In this document: piece by piece, positions 56,858 through 64,000 of the stretch
Layout: every line of letters starts with the position of its first letter
Numbering within the stretch: position 1 is the first letter of the stretch
Origin: Longimicrobiales bacterium
Lineage (GTDB): Bacteria; Gemmatimonadota; Gemmatimonadetes; Longimicrobiales; Gaopeijiaceae
NCBI GenBank assembly: GCA_965116905.1
Contig: OZ220732.1
Span: forward strand, 3,200,001-3,264,000
Length of the DNA: 64,000 bases
Direction of reading: 5' to 3'
Notes under the pieces: model-generated
Databases searched by the model: none
Seen by the model: only the letters and a program-made list of their open reading frames with translations
What the model was told of the DNA's origin: nothing
Program-made: the position numbers and the translations under genes

Positions 56858-58402
56858 ATGTATGATCCACTAAGAGCAAAGGCCAAAGCCGCCCTTTCGG
56901 TTGCGGGCTGCTTCCTCGTCGGGCTGGGCCTGGCCTCCCAGTTCGGCTTCGTGGAGGCCCCCGCGCCAGCCATTGTCGTCCAGACCGACGCGAGGGTCCC
57001 GGAGGAGGCTGTTCAGCCAGCCCTCGACCTGAGCCAGGCATTCGTCAACGTCGCCGACGCGGTCACGCCCGCGGTGGTGATGATCGAGGCGTCCCGCGCG
57101 CAGACACGCGAGCAGAGCGGATTCGACCGGTTCTTCCGACAGCAGCCGCAACGCGGCATGCCGGACATGGTCCAGGTCGGGGGCAGCGGGTTCATCGTCT
57201 CGGAAGACGGGTACGTGATGACCAACAACCACGTCATCGACAACGCCGAACGAATCACGGTTACGCTGCAGGACGGACGGACGTTCCGCGCGGAGGTCGT
57301 GGGGAGCGATCCCACCACCGACATCGCGGTCATCAGGATCGACGGCACCGGTCTGCCCACGGCATCCCTCGGGTCGTCCGCGGATGTCCGGGTCGGCGAA
57401 TGGGTGCTCGCGATCGGGAATCCCGGGTTCGCGCGGCGCGGCTCCCCCGACCTCGACTACACCGTCACGGCGGGGATCGTGTCGGCGCTGGGCCGGTCGC
57501 TGAGTCTGATCAACCGCAGTCTGTTCGCGGATCCGGAATTCACCGGAGATGCCCGCTTCGCCCTCGAGGACTTCATCCAGACGGACGCGGTCATCAATTC
57601 GGGCAACTCCGGCGGGCCGATGGTCAACCTTCGCGGACAGGTGATCGGGATCAACGCGGCGATCGTCAGCAACACGGGCGTCTACCAGGGGTACGGATTC
57701 GCCATCCCGATCGACCTGGCGCACCGCGTCATGGAGGACCTGGTCGCCTATGGGCACGTCAAGAGGGCCTACCTGGGCGTGAGCATCCGCGAGGTGTTCG
57801 CCGAAGACGCGGAATACCTCGGACTGCCGGCGGTCTCGGGCGCGTTCGTGGAGTCGGTCACGCCGGGAGAGCCCGCCGAGAGAGCCGGCCTGCGGCAATA
57901 CGACGTGATCACCGAGGTCGAGGGTGAACGCGTGGTGTCCGGCAACGACCTGCAGCACAAGATCGCGCTCAGGTCGCCCGGCGACCGGGTGCGGATCACG
58001 CTGTTCCGGGACGGAGCCCCGCGCGACGTCACGGTCAGGCTCGACGAGGCGCCGTTCTCCGGCGATGTCGCGGTCGCCGCGGCACCCGAGCCCCGGACGG
58101 CGGACAAGATCGGGATCGATGTCGTGGACATCACCCCGGAGATCGCCGACCAACTGCGCCTGGAGAGCACCGAGGGCGTCGTGGTCCGCGACGTTCAGGC
58201 CGGCGGCCCGGCCGCGCGCCGGAACATCGGGCCCCGCTGCGTCATCCGCCAGATCGACCGCCGCGCGATTCGGGACACCGACGATGTGGAGGCCGCGTTC
58301 CGCGACGTGGCGCCCGGCGACGTGGTCTCGCTGATCGCCGCCTGCCCCCGTGCCGACCAGGGCATGGTGGAGTCCATGTACAACATCCGCGTTCCGCGCT
58401 GA
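56858..58402 (+). CDS. HtrA/DegP serine protease with two PDZ domains
   Basis: TNNHV, TDIAV, QTDAVINSGNSGGP, AYLGV, two PDZ domains, N-terminal signal/TM. Confidence 0.95.
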   Translation: MYDPLRAKAKAALSVAGCFLVGLGLASQFGFVEAPAPAIVVQTDARVPEEAVQPALDLSQAFVNVADAVTPAVVMIEASRAQTREQSGFDRFFRQQPQRGMPDMVQVGGSGFIVSEDGYVMTNNHVIDNAERITVTLQDGRTFRAEVVGSDPTTDIAVIRIDGTGLPTASLGSSADVRVGEWVLAIGNPGFARRGSPDLDYTVTAGIVSALGRSLSLINRSLFADPEFTGDARFALEDFIQTDAVINSGNSGGPMVNLRGQVIGINAAIVSNTGVYQGYGFAIPIDLAHRVMEDLVAYGHVKRAYLGVSIREVFAEDAEYLGLPAVSGAFVESVTPGEPAERAGLRQYDVITEVEGERVVSGNDLQHKIALRSPGDRVRITLFRDGAPRDVTVRLDEAPFSGDVAVAAAPEPRTADKIGIDVVDITPEIADQLRLESTEGVVVRDVQAGGPAARRNIGPRCVIRQIDRRAIRDTDDVEAAFRDVAPGDVVSLIAACPRADQGMVESMYNIRVPR

Positions 58403-58498
58403 CGGGACGGGCGGCCGCGCGGGGCTCCCCGCCGGCCGCCCGGCAGCGCGACCCGCAGGGGGCGTGCCCCTTGGTGAACCCCCTTCCCGCATTACCTT

Positions 58499-58556
58499 TT
58501 CTGTTCGGACGTCGAGTTCTGTTCGGACGTACGTCGAGTTCTGTTCGGACGACGAG
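58499..58556 (+). repeat. Three tandem 18-22-bp repeats just upstream of tRNA-Leu
   Basis: TTCTGTTCGGACG core at 58499, 58517 and 58539. Confidence 0.92.
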
Positions 58557-58568
58557 CCCCGACCAGGA

Positions 58569-58651
58569 GCGAAAGTGGCGGAACTGGTAGACGCGCAAGA
58601 TTTAGGATCTTGTGGCCGCTGGCCGTGGGGGTTCGAGTCCCCCCTTTCGCA
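58569..58651 (+). tRNA. tRNA-Leu (anticodon TAG); CCA not encoded
   Basis: GCGAAAG/CTTTCGC acceptor stem, D-loop GGAACTGGTAGAC, CAAGA-TTTAGGA-TCTTG anticodon arm, long variable arm, GTTCGAGTC. Confidence 0.97.
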
Positions 58652-58691
58652 CTCTCCGCGAACCGAGAGCGCACTCCCCGCGAACTGAGAG

Positions 58692-60005
58692 ATGAGCACC
58701 CTGGACGCATCCCGGCTGGAGGTGAAGGTCGTCAGCGGCGAAGGCTGCCGCCGGGACCTGGAGGTGGCCGTACCGATCGAATACCTCGAGGGCGAGCGGC
58801 GGGCCTTGACCCGGAGCTACGCCTCACGGATGAAACTGAAGGGTTTCCGCAAGGGCAGGGTCCCGGGACACGTGATCGCGCAGCGCTATGGAGCGGCGAT
58901 CGAGGAAGAGGCTGTCGAGCGGCTGGTGCGGAAGGCCTGCGACACCGCCATGGAACAGCATGAGCTGCGGCCGGTGACCGACGTGGATGTCAACGATGTC
59001 CGTCTGCCTGCCGGAGGGCCGCTGTCGTTCACCGCCTCATTCGAAGTTCGGCCCACGGTGCCGCTCGGGCGCATCGGCGGCTTCCGGGTCGAGCACCCGG
59101 GTGTGGACGTGCCAGGCGAGGCCGTGGACAGGATTATGGAACGGCTGCGGGGGGAGCACGCCGCCTGGCGCACCGCCGCCAACGGCCAGCCCGAGACGGG
59201 GGACTCGGTGACGGTGGCGCTGACACGGCTCGACATCGGTCCCGAGGAGAGCGACGAGGACGGGCCGGCCAGCCGGCAATACGACTTCATTCTCGGCCAG
59301 GGACAGGCGCTCCCCGACATCGAGGACGCGGTGCGGTCACTGGCCGCGGGCGACGCGGACGAGTTCGAGATCGCGTTTCCCGACGACTTCCCCGACGAGA
59401 GCCGGCGGGGCCGCAGCCAGCGGCTCCGGATCGAGCTGCTTTCCAGGCGCGTACCGGAGCTTCCCGACCTGGACGACGACTTCGCGCGGACGGTGGGAGA
59501 CTTCGAGGACCTGGACACACTGCGTGCCCGGATCGGCGAGGACCTGGAGCGCGAGGCGAGATCCGGTGCCGAGTCCGAAGTCAACAACCGGCTCATGCGC
59601 CTCGTCGTCGAAGCCAACCCGTTCGAGGTTCCCGAATCCATGGTGACCGCCTACACCGACGCGGTGATCAGGGATATTCAGGGGGAGGAGGGCAAGGAGG
59701 TGCAGGAGGCCGCCGAAAAGCTCAGGGAAGAGATCCGGCCCACCTCCGAATTCGCCGTGCGGCGCGAGCTGCTCTCGGCGCGGATCGCCGATGAGCACGA
59801 GCTGCATGCGTCGGCGGAGGACGTGGACGCCCGGGTGGAGGCCCTGGCCCGAAGCATGGGCGAGCCCCGCGCCAGGGTGCGTGCCCGTCTGCGCAAGTCC
59901 GGAGCGCTCCGCAGCATCGAGCGGGGGTTGACCGAAGCGAAGCTCTTCGCCTTTCTCCGGGAGCGGTCGGAGATCGTGGGAGCCCCCGACGAGGAGAAGT
60001 CATGA
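58692..60005 (+). CDS. tig: Trigger factor
   Basis: GFRKGRVP ribosome-binding motif, FKBP-like FPDDF region, LDDDFA; precedes clpP. Confidence 0.95.
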   Translation: MSTLDASRLEVKVVSGEGCRRDLEVAVPIEYLEGERRALTRSYASRMKLKGFRKGRVPGHVIAQRYGAAIEEEAVERLVRKACDTAMEQHELRPVTDVDVNDVRLPAGGPLSFTASFEVRPTVPLGRIGGFRVEHPGVDVPGEAVDRIMERLRGEHAAWRTAANGQPETGDSVTVALTRLDIGPEESDEDGPASRQYDFILGQGQALPDIEDAVRSLAAGDADEFEIAFPDDFPDESRRGRSQRLRIELLSRRVPELPDLDDDFARTVGDFEDLDTLRARIGEDLEREARSGAESEVNNRLMRLVVEANPFEVPESMVTAYTDAVIRDIQGEEGKEVQEAAEKLREEIRPTSEFAVRRELLSARIADEHELHASAEDVDARVEALARSMGEPRARVRARLRKSGALRSIERGLTEAKLFAFLRERSEIVGAPDEEKS

Positions 60006-60034
60006 GCATCGAAGGCACCGGAGGGCGATAGCGG

Positions 60035-60649
60035 ATGGCCATATTCCCGCCTTACGTGATCGAACGCACGAGCCGCGGCGAGCGCAGCTACGACATCTTC
60101 AGCCGGCTGTTGATGGACCGGATCGTGTTTCTGGGAAGCTCCATCAACGACCAGGTGGCCAACATCATCGTCGCGCAGCTGTTGTTCCTGGACGCCGATG
60201 ATCCGGACCGCGACATCTACCTCTACATCAACTCGCCGGGAGGCAGCGTATACGCCGGACTCGCCATCTTCGACACGATGAACCACCTGCGGGCGCCGGT
60301 TTCGACGTACTGCGTGGGCATGGCCGCGTCGATGGGCGCCCTCCTGCTGGCCTCGGGCGCGAAAGGGAGCCGGAGCGCGCTGCCCAACTCGCGCATCATG
60401 CTGCACCAGCCGTCTTCGGGCTACCAGGGCACCGCCGCGGACATCGAGATCGCGGCGAAGGAGGTGCTGGGAACCCGGGAACGGCTCAACCGGATCCTCG
60501 CGAAGCAGACCGGACAGACGATCAAGAAGATCAATGCCGACGTGGACCGGGACCGGTGGATGAGCGCCGAGGAGGCGGTTGCATACGGCCTGGTCGACCA
60601 GGTCCTGTCGAAGGAGAACGGCCGCAAGGCCGGATCCGATTCGAAATAG
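60035..60649 (+). CDS. clpP: ATP-dependent Clp protease proteolytic subunit
   Basis: [31 protein letters not shown]. Confidence 0.98.
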   Translation: MAIFPPYVIERTSRGERSYDIFSRLLMDRIVFLGSSINDQVANIIVAQLLFLDADDPDRDIYLYINSPGGSVYAGLAIFDTMNHLRAPVSTYCVGMAASMGALLLASGAKGSRSALPNSRIMLHQPSSGYQGTAADIEIAAKEVLGTRERLNRILAKQTGQTIKKINADVDRDRWMSAEEAVAYGLVDQVLSKENGRKAGSDSK

Positions 60650-60659
60650 GAGGGACGCG

Positions 60660-61919
60660 ATGTCGAGCGACAAGCACCTGCGCTGCAGCTTCTGCGGCAA
60701 GTCGAAGGAGTCGGTCAAGAAGTTCATCTCCGGCCCGTCGGTATACATCTGCAACGAGTGCATCTCGCTGTGCAACGAGATCCTGGCCGAGGAAGAGGAG
60801 CGGGAGAGCCAGGAAACGTCCATCACCACCCTCACGCCCGCGGAGATCAAGGACTTCCTCGACGACTACGTGATCGGGCAGGAATCGGCGAAACGGTCGC
60901 TGGCGGTCGCCGTCTACAACCACTACAAGCGCGTCCACAAGCAGGGGAAGCTCGACGAGGTCGAGATCGACAAGGCCAACGTGCTGCTGGTGGGGTCCAC
61001 CGGAGTCGGGAAGACGCTGCTGGCGCAGACCCTGGCGCGCGTTCTGCAGGTTCCCTTCACCATCGCGGACGCCACCACGCTGACCGAGGCGGGGTACGTC
61101 GGCGAGGACGTCGAGAACATCCTCGTGCGGCTGCTTCAGGCCAGCGACTTCAACCTCAGCGAGTGCGAGCGCGGCATCGTCTACATCGACGAACTCGACA
61201 AGATCGCCCGCAAGTCGGAGAACCCGTCGATCACCCGGGACGTCTCGGGCGAAGGGGTCCAGCAGGCGCTCCTGAAGATCCTGGAAGGAACGGTGGCCAG
61301 CGTGCCCCCGCAGGGAGGCCGCAAGCACCCTCAGCAGGAGTACATCCAGATCGACACGCGCAGCATTCTGTTCATCTGCGGAGGGGCGTTCGAGGGACTG
61401 GACAAGATCATCGAGCAGCGCCTGGGCAAGCGGCAGATCGGGTTCGGAGGAGAGGACGAGGACGCCGAAGCCGCGGCGGACGACCGCTACGGTCTGGACG
61501 ACGACCCCATGGCGTGTCTCGAGCCCGAGGACCTGCAGCGCTTCGGGCTGATCCCCGAGCTGGTGGGGAGGCTGCCCGTCACCGTGTCGCTGGACGACCT
61601 GGACGAGGAGGCGCTCGTCCGCATCCTGCAGGAGCCCAGGAACGCGCTCGTGAAACAGTATCAGAAGATGTTCGAGATCGAGGGAATCGGGTTGACCTTC
61701 GATCCCGGAGCGCTGCGGGAGATCGCCCGCCAGACCTTTGGCCGCGGAACCGGCGCACGCGGATTGAGGGCCGTGCTGGAACGGATCATGCGCGACCTGA
61801 TGTTCGAGCTGCCGTCGCGCAGCGACGTGCGGGAGGTGGTCGTGACGCCCGAGTGCGCCACCGGCAGGGTTCCGCCGCTCCTCGTACTGCGGCCCGAGGC
61901 CCAGCGGAAAGAGGCCTGA
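60660..61919 (+). CDS. clpX: ClpX ATPase
   Basis: [33 protein letters not shown]. Confidence 0.98.
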   Translation: MSSDKHLRCSFCGKSKESVKKFISGPSVYICNECISLCNEILAEEEERESQETSITTLTPAEIKDFLDDYVIGQESAKRSLAVAVYNHYKRVHKQGKLDEVEIDKANVLLVGSTGVGKTLLAQTLARVLQVPFTIADATTLTEAGYVGEDVENILVRLLQASDFNLSECERGIVYIDELDKIARKSENPSITRDVSGEGVQQALLKILEGTVASVPPQGGRKHPQQEYIQIDTRSILFICGGAFEGLDKIIEQRLGKRQIGFGGEDEDAEAAADDRYGLDDDPMACLEPEDLQRFGLIPELVGRLPVTVSLDDLDEEALVRILQEPRNALVKQYQKMFEIEGIGLTFDPGALREIARQTFGRGTGARGLRAVLERIMRDLMFELPSRSDVREVVVTPECATGRVPPLLVLRPEAQRKEA

Positions 61920-61994
61920 CGGCCCGTGGACATGGTCCAGCGCCTCACCGCTTCCGGTGCTCGCGCGGGCCGTTCCACGGACTAGGCGCCGGGC

Positions 61995-64000
<2,006 letters not shown>

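Noticed and set aside
47394..58556. Repeat arrays at 47394, 54538 and 58499 as possible CRISPRs
   Set aside because: Units are contiguous or present in only two copies, with no series of unique spacers and no cas genes

Overview
GC-rich bacterial chromosomal segment made mostly of core genes. Protein sequences and gene order resemble Gemmatimonadota (inference from recalled homologs; no search run). From left to right: a long minus-strand housekeeping run (mdh, moaA/E/D, HU/IHF, carA, lipB, 2-oxoacid dehydrogenase E2/E1b/E1a, secG, tpiA, pgk, ECF sigma plus TonB-C protein, gap, comF, aroE, tsaC-phosphatase fusion, ispD, dnaB, udg, coaBC, rpoZ, gmk, yicC, TonB-receptor-like OMP, pepA, icd; rnhA lies on the plus strand within it); a Fic-HTH gene; ruvX-mltG-thiE; a 23S-5S rRNA unit with no 16S; a complete F1Fo ATP synthase operon interrupted by a MITE-like element; a mixed metabolic block; and a proteostasis cluster (dnaK, degP, tRNA-Leu, tig, clpP, clpX, lon). 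No CRISPR array, prophage or transposase was seen. The most notable signals are: (1) an ECF sigma coupled to a putative anti-sigma carrying a periplasmic TonB C-terminal domain, inserted between gap and pgk; (2) a sigma54-type promoter with twin palindromes upstream of dnaK; (3) intact-ORF pseudoenzymes (an E1-alpha lacking ThDP motifs; a Fic lacking its catalytic His and inhibitory Glu, with an upstream palindrome); (4) a stand-alone 23S-5S unit with its own promoter and processing stem; (5) ten tandem D-S/T-L/V sequons in an OMP; (6) a Rex-type operator over the atp promoter. Start codons were chosen by eye and several are uncertain.
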